Source of the DNA: Desulfosoma sp.
GTDB taxonomy: Bacteria; Desulfobacterota; Syntrophobacteria; Syntrophobacterales; DSM-9756
DNA length: 64,000 nt
Assembly (NCBI GenBank): GCA_037481835.1
Contig: JBBFKW010000008.1
Span: 96,001-160,000 of the forward strand
Direction of reading: 5' to 3'
The notes beneath the pieces were generated by a model. That model did no database searches. It worked only from the letters and a program-made list of their open reading frames with translations, and was not told the DNA's origin. Positions 39,835 through 49,483 of the stretch are shown here, piece after piece. The translations under genes were made by a program, and so were the position numbers. Positions within the stretch are counted from its first letter, which is position 1, and every line of letters begins with the position of its first letter.

Positions 39835-42528
39835 TCACTGCAACGCCAAGTGGGGAGCGCGAAGGAGCCGGCTGATGCGGCGGCTGTAGTACTGGACCTG
39901 CTGCCGATCGGCACAGTATTCCAGCTTCTCCACGGCCTTTTCCGCCCCCTTGGACTCGTCCAGACGACGTTCCAACAGGCCCTTTTCCACAAAATACGCC
40001 AGAGCGTTGCCGCACACGATCTTGGATATGGATTCGGGTCTTTCGATGAGGGCCATCTTGAAATGCTTTTCCCCGGTGGAAAGGACCTTCTTGATGAGGT
40101 CTTTTTCCGAATATGGCTTTTTTTGCACGTAGCGCAAAGACCGCAGCACAAGCCAATAGGTTTCGAAGAAGTTTCGGATGAGACCGTGAAAAGCCTGGGC
40201 CGCCATGAGGCCCCGGTGCGTGAGCATGTACGGCTGGTTGTCCGCGGGTTCCAGGCTTCGCAGCCAGCCGAGCCGTTCGAAAACATTCAGCACCTGCTTG
40301 GCCAACTGGTGGTCCCGCGTGTCCATGTCGTAGACGAATTCGTATTTGAAGAAATCCTTCATAAAAGCCACATCGTCCAGAACATCCCCGAGACTGAACC
40401 GGAAGGTTTCCTGCCGGAGAATGGATGTGGACACGAATACCGCCGGCAAAAGAAAGTGGAGAATGTTGTTCTTGTAATACTCCAGCGTGAGCCGCTTTTC
40501 GTCGTCCAGGATGAACACTTCCTCTTCCAGCTCGTCATCTTCGTCCTTGAGGCGTTCCAAGAGCTTGCTCTTGACGAGATCCTTCAACGTGTCTTCGATG
40601 ACCACGTCGTAGTTCTGAAAGCTTCGGGAAAAACGAACGCCGTTTTGTTCCAGGTATTCCAGGAAGATCTGGATGGTCTGGAGGAGCTGTCCTTTGGCTG
40701 TCCCCTTGCGCGATCCGGAAAGGAGCGCCGCGGAGACCAAGGCATGGGATGTCACTAAAGAGGCCTGGTTGATACTGGAAATGATGCGGAAGGCGAAATC
40801 CCGGTACATGGCGTGGCGCACCTTCGACGGCAAGGTTTTGAGATCGTAACGGTTCCGCTCCAGGTAGCGCTGCAACGACATGGGTTCGGCGAATCGCACG
40901 TAGACCCGCCCGTAACGCTTCTTGAGAAACCGTCTGGCCCGAACCAGTTGGCCCAAGCTCTCTTGTTTCTTGGCGCCCCCGGTGATTTCGTTCACGTAGA
41001 CTTCTTCTTCGGGGATCCTGTCGTAGCAGATGGATGTGGGCACAAAAACCAAATCGTCGCAGAATCCTTCTTCCACGGCCTGAATGAGAATGGCCAGGAG
41101 CCCCAGTTTGGGCAGGACCATCTTGCCGGTGCGGCTTCGCCCCCCCTCGATGAAGAACTCGATGTTGTGCCCAAACCGGACCATGGTTTTGACGTAAAGG
41201 GAAAAGACCTCGGAATAGAACCGGGCACCCTTGAACGTCCGCCGGATGAAAAAAGCGCCGCCCCGGCGGAAAAGGGGACCCAGTGGCCAAAAGGACAGGT
41301 TCTTCCCCGCGGCGATGAACGGCGAATAGAGGTTGTTTCGGAAAAGGACGTAGGACAAAATGAGATAGTCGATGTGGCTCTTGTGGCACGGCACGTAAAC
41401 GAGGGTGTTGTGGCGGGCGGCCTTGCGCACACGGTGCAGGCTTTCCATGTCCACTTCAATGCCGTCGAACAGGTTGTTCCACATCCAGGTCAAGACCTTC
41501 TCGCCCAGTTGGATGAGCGTGTAGCTGTAATCGGCGGCGATTTCCTCCAGATACTCGTCGGCCTCTTTGCGGATCTTCCACACGGGTTCGCCCGAAGCCT
41601 TGGCCCGCCGTTTCATGAAGGCTTCCAACTTGGGGTGATGCAGGATGATTTCCTTGAGCTCCAGCTTGCTCTTAATCCGGGGGCCCACGACAGCGCGCCG
41701 GATTTCGTCTCCCGATTCGATGAGGCTTCGGCGCAGTTCGAAGACTTGCTTGCGCCGCTCCCAAGGGTCATCGGACAGTTCCGGCTGCACCTTGGAAAGG
41801 TCCAGGGGCTCCCCCACTTCGATGGCCGCATAGGAATAGTTGCGGATGAAGGAGACGAACTTTCGCACGAGGCCGGGATTTTCGGGGTTGCCGAAGACGA
41901 TTTCCCAAAACCCCCGCCGCTCCCTTCGAGGGGCCCTGCTGTAGAGCAGCACCAGGGGGACGATATAAATGGGCCTCGACGTCTCCTTCTGGAGGTCGAC
42001 GAGGTGTTCCAAGGGGTCGTGCCGGACCATGACGGCCCGCTGGTAGTAGCCCTGTTCCCCGAGGAGAAACAGGAGGCCCGATCGGCCTTGGGTCACCATA
42101 TCCCGGTAATAGCCGTTTTCGTAAGGATCCGGAACGCCGTCCCTGCTGAGGTGCTTGACGAAGTTTTGGAGGATGATCTTGGCGGCGTAGGTGCGCGACT
42201 GCCAAAAATAGGGGCGGAGGTCGAAGAGATAGGTGGGCGTGGGAAGGCCTAGTTGGTAGAGTCGAAGGCTCACGTAAACGAAATCCAGCTGGGAGCGGTG
42301 TCTCAGCGCATAGACGATGACGCCTTTCTGGGCCAGGCTTTCCAAAAGTTTTTGCTGGTCCTCCGGGATGGACGTCTTGGCGATGAGCCGCTCGAAGATC
42401 GGGCTCAGGAGAAACCGGGGTTTGGACGGCACGGAAAACCCAAAAGGATCGTCATGGACGCGCTGTTTTTCCGTACCTTTCTGTCCGATTAAACCGTCCT
42501 TGACGGACTGGAACCAGGTGCTCATCAT
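39835..42528 (-). CDS. plsB: Glycerol-3-phosphate acyltransferase (PlsB-like)
   Basis: PCHKSHIDY, IAAGKNL, GAFFIRR, FFIEGGRSRTGK. Confidence 0.85.
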   Translation of the reverse strand: MMSTWFQSVKDGLIGQKGTEKQRVHDDPFGFSVPSKPRFLLSPIFERLIAKTSIPEDQQKLLESLAQKGVIVYALRHRSQLDFVYVSLRLYQLGLPTPTYLFDLRPYFWQSRTYAAKIILQNFVKHLSRDGVPDPYENGYYRDMVTQGRSGLLFLLGEQGYYQRAVMVRHDPLEHLVDLQKETSRPIYIVPLVLLYSRAPRRERRGFWEIVFGNPENPGLVRKFVSFIRNYSYAAIEVGEPLDLSKVQPELSDDPWERRKQVFELRRSLIESGDEIRRAVVGPRIKSKLELKEIILHHPKLEAFMKRRAKASGEPVWKIRKEADEYLEEIAADYSYTLIQLGEKVLTWMWNNLFDGIEVDMESLHRVRKAARHNTLVYVPCHKSHIDYLILSYVLFRNNLYSPFIAAGKNLSFWPLGPLFRRGGAFFIRRTFKGARFYSEVFSLYVKTMVRFGHNIEFFIEGGRSRTGKMVLPKLGLLAILIQAVEEGFCDDLVFVPTSICYDRIPEEEVYVNEITGGAKKQESLGQLVRARRFLKKRYGRVYVRFAEPMSLQRYLERNRYDLKTLPSKVRHAMYRDFAFRIISSINQASLVTSHALVSAALLSGSRKGTAKGQLLQTIQIFLEYLEQNGVRFSRSFQNYDVVIEDTLKDLVKSKLLERLKDEDDELEEEVFILDDEKRLTLEYYKNNILHFLLPAVFVSTSILRQETFRFSLGDVLDDVAFMKDFFKYEFVYDMDTRDHQLAKQVLNVFERLGWLRSLEPADNQPYMLTHRGLMAAQAFHGLIRNFFETYWLVLRSLRYVQKKPYSEKDLIKKVLSTGEKHFKMALIERPESISKIVCGNALAYFVEKGLLERRLDESKGAEKAVEKLEYCADRQQVQYYSRRISRLLRAPHLALQ

Positions 42529-42644
42529 GCAATCCTTCCCCAAGGAAAAGATGTGTCGGCCTCGGCCTGCAAAACGCAGTAAACTACCAAAAGCCGACCC
42601 TTTTAGGAAAAGTTTTTTCCGGGCGATGGAAGGAGTGCTCTCCC

Positions 42645-44357
42645 GTGCTCAGTGAACTCGTGGTGCACAATTTCGCCATCATTTCACGCCTTCACGTGGC
42701 CTTTGATTCCGGTTTCACCGTGATCACGGGGGAAACCGGAGCCGGCAAGTCCATCCTTGTCGGGGCCGTCAACCTGCTGCTGGGGGGGCGGGCGTCCCAG
42801 GACATGATCCGAACCGGAGCCGACGAAGCCACCGTGGAGGCCCTCTTTACGTTCGACAATCCGAAGATCTTGGCCGAACGGCTTCAGGGTCTGGATGTGG
42901 AACCTTCCGCCGAACTCGTTATCAAGCGCACTGTCAGCCGCTCCGGGCGCAACCGCGTCTTCATCAACGGCCGACTCGCCACGCTGTCCCAACTGCAAGC
43001 CCTAGCCGTGGGGCTCATTTCCATTTCCGGACAGCACGAACATCAGGTGCTTTTAAACCCCGACATCCATCTGGACCTTCTGGACCAGTATGGCGGCCTG
43101 GAAGACGATGCGGCCCGCGTGGCCGAGGCCTACGCGCAATGGACTCAAAAGCTGGACGCCCTCAAGCGCCTCCAGCGAATGAAAGAGCAACGCCGGGAAC
43201 AGCTGGACTTTATGCGGTTTCAACTCCACGAATTGGAAGCCGCGCGGCTGGTTCCCAACGAAGACGAGGAGCTCCAAAATGAGCGGCGGATCCTCCAGCA
43301 TGCGGCGACCCTTCATGAGGCCGCAGAAAACGCCCATCGGCTGATCTACCGCGAACACGGCTCCGTCATCGAAAAACTGGATGAAGCCGCCAGAAATTTG
43401 GAAACCATCGCCAGGATCGACCCCAGCCAAGCGCCCGCTTTGGACCATGTGGAACAGGCCAGGATCCACGTCCAGGAACTCAGTTATATGCTCCAGCAGT
43501 ACCTTGGAGGCATTCGTTTCGACCCGCAACGTCTTGCGGAAGTGGAAGACCGACTGGCCCAGCTCGCCCGTTTGGCCAAAAAGTACGGCCCCACCGTGGC
43601 GGACATGATTCGCACCCGGGACGAACTTCGCACGGCCTTGAGCGGGGATGCGGACGCGGATTGGGAAGAATCGGTCCTTCAAAAGGAAGCAGCCCGGGCC
43701 GAAGAACATCTCAGGGCCTTAGCCCAGGAACTTTCACGGCGGAGGCGTTCCGCGGCGGCACGGCTCCGCGGCGACGTGGAACAGGTCCTGGCCCGGCTGG
43801 ATCTTCCCAAGGCGCGTTTCGATGTGCGGTTTTCTGGGGACGCGGACGTATCGGCGGAAGATTTTGCCGCCCAGATCACGGCCAAAGGGCTGGACCGCGT
43901 GGAATTCCTCCTTTCGGCCAACCCAGGGGAGGCGCTCAAACCCCTGGCCAAAGTGGCCTCCGGCGGAGAACTGTCGCGCATCCTCCTCGCCCTCAAAACG
44001 CTGCTCAGCGGCCAAGGGGAAGCGGAAACTCTCATCTTCGACGAAGTGGATGCGGGAATCGGAGGCCGCACGGCGGAGCTCGTCGGCCGCCAGCTGCAGG
44101 ACCTCGCTCGGCGCTTTCAGGTGATCTGCATCACCCACCTGCCACAGATCGCCTGCTACGGTTCCCATCACTACCGTGTGGCCAAGGAAAGCGATCAGGA
44201 CACGACCCGAACCACCATCTCGCGGCTCGACCCTCAAGAGCGCATCACGGAATTGGCCCGCATGTTGGGCGGGGTCACCATCACTGAAAAAACCCTCGCC
44301 CACGCCCGCGAATGGCTCGAACGCGCCCACCCTTCCGATCATGAGCCCTCACCATAG
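42645..44357 (+). CDS. recN: DNA repair protein RecN
   Basis: TGETGAGKS, GQHEHQ, ASGGELSR, FDEVDAGIGG, ITHLPQIA. Confidence 0.96.
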   Translation: MLSELVVHNFAIISRLHVAFDSGFTVITGETGAGKSILVGAVNLLLGGRASQDMIRTGADEATVEALFTFDNPKILAERLQGLDVEPSAELVIKRTVSRSGRNRVFINGRLATLSQLQALAVGLISISGQHEHQVLLNPDIHLDLLDQYGGLEDDAARVAEAYAQWTQKLDALKRLQRMKEQRREQLDFMRFQLHELEAARLVPNEDEELQNERRILQHAATLHEAAENAHRLIYREHGSVIEKLDEAARNLETIARIDPSQAPALDHVEQARIHVQELSYMLQQYLGGIRFDPQRLAEVEDRLAQLARLAKKYGPTVADMIRTRDELRTALSGDADADWEESVLQKEAARAEEHLRALAQELSRRRRSAAARLRGDVEQVLARLDLPKARFDVRFSGDADVSAEDFAAQITAKGLDRVEFLLSANPGEALKPLAKVASGGELSRILLALKTLLSGQGEAETLIFDEVDAGIGGRTAELVGRQLQDLARRFQVICITHLPQIACYGSHHYRVAKESDQDTTRTTISRLDPQERITELARMLGGVTITEKTLAHAREWLERAHPSDHEPSP

Positions 44358-44388
44358 TCGCCCCCCACAAATTTACCCCGTTTTCAAA

Positions 44389-44463
44389 TTCCAATCCTAC
44401 GTATCCCAATCTTACATATCCCAATCTTGCTTATCCCAATTTTGCTTCTTCTGATCTTACGTA
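44389..44463 (+). repeat. About five degenerate 15-bp tandem units (TCCCAATCTTRCNTA-like)
   Basis: ttccaatcctacgta tcccaatcttacata tcccaatcttgctta tcccaattttgcttc ttctgatcttacgta. Confidence 0.7.
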
Positions 44464-44572
44464 GGTTGGGGTGAGCGAAGCGAACCCCAACATTGCCATC
44501 TCGTCAGAAACGCTCGGTCCGTTGAGGAACTGTCAAGTTGGGGTGAGCGAAGCGAACCCCAACATTGCCATC
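44461..44572 (+). repeat. REP-derived 36-bp direct repeat pair separated by a unique 36-bp spacer
   Basis: GTTGGGGTGAGCGAAGCGAACCCCAACATTGCCATC at 44465-44500 and 44537-44572. Confidence 0.9.
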
Positions 44573-44800
44573 CCCCACCCACCGTGCTCCAACAAACATG
44601 ATCCACCCAACCCCAACCCCTCATCCACCTCAATCCAACACCCCCTGATCCACCCACTCCAACATCCCTCATCGACCCTGCTCCAACAAACCCCATCCAC
44701 CCAACCCCAACCCCTAGTGCACCTCAATCCAAACCCCCTGATCCACCCACTCCAACATCCCCCATCCACTCTGCTCCAACAAACCCCATCCAATCCCAAG
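44570..44800 (+). repeat. C/A-rich satellite of 21-24-bp units with a 93-94-bp higher-order period
   Basis: Units such as accccctgatccacccactccaac, nearly all ending CCAAC, arranged ABCD-ABCD-AB. Confidence 0.85.
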
Positions 44801-44802
44801 CT

Positions 44803-45330
44803 TCAACGCTCCCCAAAACTTCCCCCCAACTCGGGCACTCCCCCCCAATCCGCCGAAAGCCATCCTCGCTTCACAAAGGCGTGGAAGGTGGAAAAAGGCC
44901 AATCCACAACCCTCGCCACATATCCGTGCTTCACAGGGTTGTAGTGAATATAGGTGCAGTGGATTTCCAGATCTCGCTCATCGCGGATCATGTGTTCCCA
45001 ATACCTGCGCTGCCAGAGGCCCCGTTCGCCTTTTTTCCGGCGGCTTTCAGAAATGGGTTCCGTGTTTGGAATACCTCTGGAAAAACCGGCCTTGATCATG
45101 GCCCATCGCGTAGCGTAATCGGCATCGCCCTGCGGCATGTGCCATATGGCGTGCATATGATCCGGAAGCACCACCCAAGCGATGATTTCGAAAGGATGGG
45201 CACGGCGGACGCGCCGGACCACGGTCCGAAGAAGTTCGATGTTTTTCGTGAGAAGATCGCTGGTTCTGTCTACAAGATTCAGCGTAAAGAAATAAGCGCC
45301 TCCAGGAACAAAGGCTCGACGATAGCGCAT
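44803..45330 (-). mobile_element. REP-associated tyrosine transposase (RAYT, TnpA-REP, HUH Y1)
   Basis: MRYRRAFVPGGAYFFT, VLPDHMH (HUH), WQRRYWEH, YIHYNPVKHG; flanked by GTAG REPs. Confidence 0.93.
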
Positions 45331-45372
45331 GGCGCTCTTCCTTTTTGGAGGAAGGCAAGGGTGGGGATGGGG

Positions 45373-46281
45373 AAAAACCGCGCCCACGCACCGACACCCC
45401 GGCACGGCGCCGCACCATGAAAGTCCAAGGCTTCCGCGCCTTCCCATCGATCGTCATGGAAGCATGCACGGATTTTCGTAGAAACTCGCACGGGTTTTCT
45501 ATCCCACGGCTTTCGTGCAATCAGTTTAACGTTGGCGGGTGGTCATGGGAAAGTGGGCGGCAAGGAGAAAAGGGTCGGGGATGGGGAAATGTTGGGGTTC
45601 GCTGCGCTCACCCCAACCTACATGTTTACATGTCGCCTCGGCGAGGCGGCGAACACGGAATGTCCGGCCGTCCCACACTCTGGGCCCGCCTTTCATCCTT
45701 CGGCCCGAAATTCTGCAAAAAACCCGTAGGTTGGGGTGAGCGAAGCGAACCCCAACAAAAACCGCGCCCACGCACCGACACCCCGGGAAGGCGCCGCACC
45801 ATGAAAGTCCAAGGCTTCCGCGCCTTCCCATCGATCGTCATGGAAGCATGCACGGATTTTCGTAGAAACTCGCACGGGTTTTCTATCCCACGGCTTTCGT
45901 GCAATCAGTTTAACGTTGGCGGGTGGTCATGGGAAAGTGGGCGGCAAGGAGAAAAGGGTCGGGGATGGGGAAATGTTGGGGTTCGCTGCGCTCACCCCAA
46001 CCTACATGTTTACATGTCGCCTCGGCGAAGCGGCGAACACGGAATGTCCGGCCTTCCCACACTCTGGGCCCGCCTTTCATCCTCCCTCCCAAAATTTTGC
46101 AAAAAACCCGTAGGTTGGGGTGAGCGAAGCGAACCCCAACCAAAACCGCGCCCACGCACCGACACCCCGGCACGGCGCCGCACCATGAAAGTCCAAGGCT
46201 TCCGCGCCTTCCCATCGATCGTCATGGAAGCACGCACGGATTTTCATAGAAACACGCACGGGTTTTCCATCCCACGGCTTT
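45373..46281. repeat. 384-bp tandem amplification (about 2.4 copies), each full unit ending in a REPIN
   Basis: Units start at 45373, 45757 and 46141; REPs at 45591-45621, 45726-45756, 45975-46005 and 46110-46140. Confidence 0.92.
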
Positions 46282-46293
46282 TGGGCGATCCGG

Positions 46294-47046
46294 TTAACGC
46301 GGCGAATCCTCCACAAGGCGGGGGACAAGGTCACCGGCCTTGCCGAGGAGGCTCACGTTAAAGGCTCGGCTGTAAGGGGTGGGTTCCAGGTTGATTTCCA
46401 CGACGAAGGCGCCGTGTTCCTGGGCATAGAGGCCCATGGAGGCGGCCGGCTGCACAACACCGGATGTGCCGACAACCACCATGACGTCGCATTGCTCCAG
46501 TTTGCCGTAGGCCGTTTGGAGGACGGCGGGGTCCAAGGATTCGCCGAACCACACCACGTCGGGCCGCACCATGGCACCGCAGGCTTCACAATGGGGCGGA
46601 TAGGGAATGGGCACGCGGCGGTCTTCCTTCTTCAGACCGCATCGGCTGCATCGAACCCACCAGATGTTGCCGTGGAGCTCCACGACGGCGAGGGAACCGG
46701 CGGCCTGGTGGAGCCCGTCGATGTTCTGGGTGAGCAGGACGAAATCGGGCGTTCGGTTTTCCAGGGTCACCAGAGCCTTGTGGGCTGGGTTGGGTTTCAC
46801 CGACGCCAGGACTTCGCGCCGATAGTTGTAGAATTCCCAAACCAACTGGGGATTTCGGGAAAAGGCTTCGGGTGTGGCCAGATCCGTCGCTCGGTATTCC
46901 CGCCACAGGCCTCCCGCCCCGCGAAAGGTGGGCACGCCCGATTCCGCCGAAATGCCGGCCCCGGTGAGCACCACGATCCGGCGGGCCTGCCGGATTTTTT
47001 CCCGAACCCGTGCGATGTCCTTCGCCACCTGATCCGGTCGACTCAC
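46294..47046 (-). CDS. cobB: NAD-dependent protein deacylase (sirtuin)
   Basis: TGAGISAESGVPTFRG, TQNIDGLHQ, ELHG, CxxC...CxxC, RPDVVWFGE, VGTSG; GTG start overlapping the upstream stop. Confidence 0.92.
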   Translation of the reverse strand: MSRPDQVAKDIARVREKIRQARRIVVLTGAGISAESGVPTFRGAGGLWREYRATDLATPEAFSRNPQLVWEFYNYRREVLASVKPNPAHKALVTLENRTPDFVLLTQNIDGLHQAAGSLAVVELHGNIWWVRCSRCGLKKEDRRVPIPYPPHCEACGAMVRPDVVWFGESLDPAVLQTAYGKLEQCDVMVVVGTSGVVQPAASMGLYAQEHGAFVVEINLEPTPYSRAFNVSLLGKAGDLVPRLVEDSPR

Positions 47047-47819
47047 AGCCCCCCTCCTTCGTCCAAGGATCGGAAAATGTCGTAGATGTCCAGTCCGAGG
47101 CGCCGAAATCCTTCCAGCCCGTAGACCATGTTGGCTTCCAGCACCCACCAACGGCCTCGGGCATGGCAAAGATCCAACCCCACCTCGTCGAACCGACACA
47201 CCCTCGCCGTCCATCGCGCGAACTCCAGGGCCTCGTCCGGCACGGCGTCGAAAGAGATGGTCCCACCCCGGGACACATTGTTTCGGAATTCTCCGGGCCG
47301 GGCAATGCGCCAATAGGCGTGGACCACTCGGCCGGCGATGAGCACCACGCGCAGATCGCGGTCGATGGGAAGGTATTCTTGGATGTAGGCCGGGTGGTGG
47401 TGGGCGAGGTAGCGGCGCAGGTCCTCTTCCGTGCGAACCAGCCAGACCCCTTCCCCTTGGGACGACCCCACTGGGTTTTTGGCGATCATGGGATAGGAGA
47501 AATTATCCAGGATCCGGGACAATCTGTTCGAGCCGTAATAGAGTCGCGTGCGGGGATGGGGAACATCCAGCAACTGAAACAGGGCCGTCTGGCGGATCTT
47601 ATGGCCCATGAACCTGTAGTAATTTCGAGGGAAAACCTCCTTGCCCACGGAACGGAAAAGGTCTTCGTAGAGCCGGCTTGGATAGTAGACGACGGGGCTC
47701 CGGACCAGCTCGCATCGAATCTCTTCCGGGTAATCCCTCCAATTGGGCTGCACCCCCACGCACCGAAAGGAGCCGCACCGGCGAAGGCGCTTTCCCAAAG
47801 ACAGGCGTTGTTTCGACAT
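47043..47819 (-). CDS. RimK-like ATP-grasp protein
   Basis: KNPVGSSQGEGV, YIQEYL, DLRVVL, NNVSRGG, GLDL, LEAN. Confidence 0.82.
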   Translation of the reverse strand: MSKQRLSLGKRLRRCGSFRCVGVQPNWRDYPEEIRCELVRSPVVYYPSRLYEDLFRSVGKEVFPRNYYRFMGHKIRQTALFQLLDVPHPRTRLYYGSNRLSRILDNFSYPMIAKNPVGSSQGEGVWLVRTEEDLRRYLAHHHPAYIQEYLPIDRDLRVVLIAGRVVHAYWRIARPGEFRNNVSRGGTISFDAVPDEALEFARWTARVCRFDEVGLDLCHARGRWWVLEANMVYGLEGFRRLGLDIYDIFRSLDEGGGL

Positions 47820-47993
47820 CCAAGGCCCCTCACTGTGATCGAAAAAGGTCGTTCCCCCGCCCATCCCCCAAGGTCGTCGAAATCGTCTCTTGAACCGCAA
47901 ACCCTCCTTACCGCCCTTCGATTTTATGTGACACAGGGCCATTCGCGTGTCAAAATTTTCCCGACTTAACCTATCAACCACAGGAGCCGGGCC

Positions 47994-48581
47994 ATGGTGC
48001 GCATCGTCGCCTTGTACGGAAGTCCCAGAAGATCCGGAAACACCTCCACACTGCTCACCCACGCCGTCGAGGGCGCCCGCGAAGCCGGCGCCTCCGTCCA
48101 GTGCTTTTACCTGCGGGATCTCAAGATTTCCCCCTGCCTGGAACTCTACGGGTGCACAAAGTCAGGCCGCTGCATCATCGAGGACGACTTCCAGAAAGTG
48201 GCCGAAGCCGTCACGGACGCCCACGGCATCATGCTCGCCTCCCCCATCTTTTTCTACACCGTTTCGGCCCATACCAAGATCTTCATGGACCGATGCCAGT
48301 CCCTTTGGGTCAAACGCTATTGGATCGACGGCGTTCCTTTCGGGTCCAAGGACTACCCTCGAAGGGGGTTTTTCATCGCAGCCGGAGCAACCCGCGGGAA
48401 AAGACTCTTCGACGGTGTGCTCCTTACGGTCCGGTATTTTTTCGACGCCGTCGGGGCCGACCTTTGGGGTAGTCTGCTCGTGCGCGGGGTCGATGCGGAA
48501 GGGGACATTTTGAAACGCCCCGACGACTTGATCGCCGCTCGCGAAAAGGGTAAAGAGTTCGCCCGAGCGCTCATGGTGTGA
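47994..48581 (+). CDS. Flavodoxin-fold / iron-sulfur flavoprotein family protein
   Basis: GSPRRSGNT, PCLELYGC...CIIEDD, ASPIFF, FMDRCQ. Confidence 0.85.
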   Translation: MVRIVALYGSPRRSGNTSTLLTHAVEGAREAGASVQCFYLRDLKISPCLELYGCTKSGRCIIEDDFQKVAEAVTDAHGIMLASPIFFYTVSAHTKIFMDRCQSLWVKRYWIDGVPFGSKDYPRRGFFIAAGATRGKRLFDGVLLTVRYFFDAVGADLWGSLLVRGVDAEGDILKRPDDLIAAREKGKEFARALMV

Positions 48582-48734
48582 TGGGGGCGCTGGGTGTGGG
48601 GATGTGGGGGAGGCGCGTTGTGGGGGCGCTGTTTTGTATGAAAGTCTCTTTAAGACAGCGGAACCACCCTACTTTCATCCTTCGTTGTCACGGTCTGCCC
48701 GCGATGGGGGTTTGTATATAAGTCCAGTTAGGGT

Positions 48735-48765
48735 GTTGGGGTTCGCTGCGCTCACCCCAACCTAC
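48735..48765 (-). repeat. Single REP copy
   Basis: GTTGGGGTTCGCTGCGCTCACCCCAACCTAC. Confidence 0.9.
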
Positions 48766-48816
48766 GGGCTACGACCTGCGGTCACCCACCCTACGAATCG
48801 ACATATCGAAAGGCAA

Positions 48817-49476
48817 ATGATGGAAGAGAGAAGTCAGAAAGCGTTCATTGTTCTCAACAGCATTTTCGTCGGCAGCCTGGTCATCTCATCGGTTTTGGCG
48901 AGCAAGATCATCACGGTGTCCGGCATGGTGGTTCCGGCGGGAGTGCTGGCCTACTGCATCACTTTTGTCGTCACCGACGTGGTCAGTGAATTGTGGGGCC
49001 GCGAAAAGGCCAACACGGTGGTCTTGGGCGGCTTTGCCGCCCTCTTGATCTCCTTGGTTTTGGTGCGTCTTGCTTTGCTGTGGCCACCCGCCGTCTTTTG
49101 GCCTCACGACGCAGCCTTTCAGACCATCTTGGACAGCACTTCTCGGATCATCGTCGCCTCCTTCAGCGCTTACCTCCTCAGCCAGTACCACGACGTGTGG
49201 GCCTTTCATCTCCTGCGGCGGCTCACAGGCGGAAAACATCTCTGGATCCGAAACAACCTCTCCACGGCCGTCTCTCAACTCATCGACACCGTGGTTTTCA
49301 TCACCATCGCTTTTTACGGCGTCATGCCCGTCGCCCCTCTCATTGTCGGCCAATGGGCCATCAAACTCACCATCGCCCTTCTGGACACCCCGGTCGTCTA
49401 TGCCGCCGTCTGGCTCCTCAAAACCCGCCGATGGGCCCCGCCCGAGCCGGCCATTCCACACTCGGCGGCACAGTGA
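48817..49476 (+). CDS. Queuosine precursor transporter (YhhQ/Vut_1)
   Basis: SKI, TDVVSELWG, SQYHDV, WIRNNLSTAVSQLIDT. Confidence 0.88.
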   Translation: MMEERSQKAFIVLNSIFVGSLVISSVLASKIITVSGMVVPAGVLAYCITFVVTDVVSELWGREKANTVVLGGFAALLISLVLVRLALLWPPAVFWPHDAAFQTILDSTSRIIVASFSAYLLSQYHDVWAFHLLRRLTGGKHLWIRNNLSTAVSQLIDTVVFITIAFYGVMPVAPLIVGQWAIKLTIALLDTPVVYAAVWLLKTRRWAPPEPAIPHSAAQ

Positions 49477-49483
49477 GGATCCC

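Noticed and set aside
44461..44572. Canonical CRISPR array
   Set aside because: Only two repeats, the repeat is a REP found throughout the window, and there are no cas genes here; reported as a CRISPR-like finding instead.
44471..44944. Pro/His/Gln-rich ORF
   Set aside because: Translation of the C-rich satellite; overlaps the RAYT gene on the opposite strand.
45345..46361. 338-aa ORF with internal repeats
   Set aside because: It arises from the 384-bp (multiple of 3) tandem repeat and reads through REP palindromes; no protein-like features.
48600..48816. preQ1 riboswitch upstream of the queuosine precursor transporter
   Set aside because: No recognisable preQ1 stem-loop with an A-rich tail; the region is occupied by a REP and another dispersed repeat.
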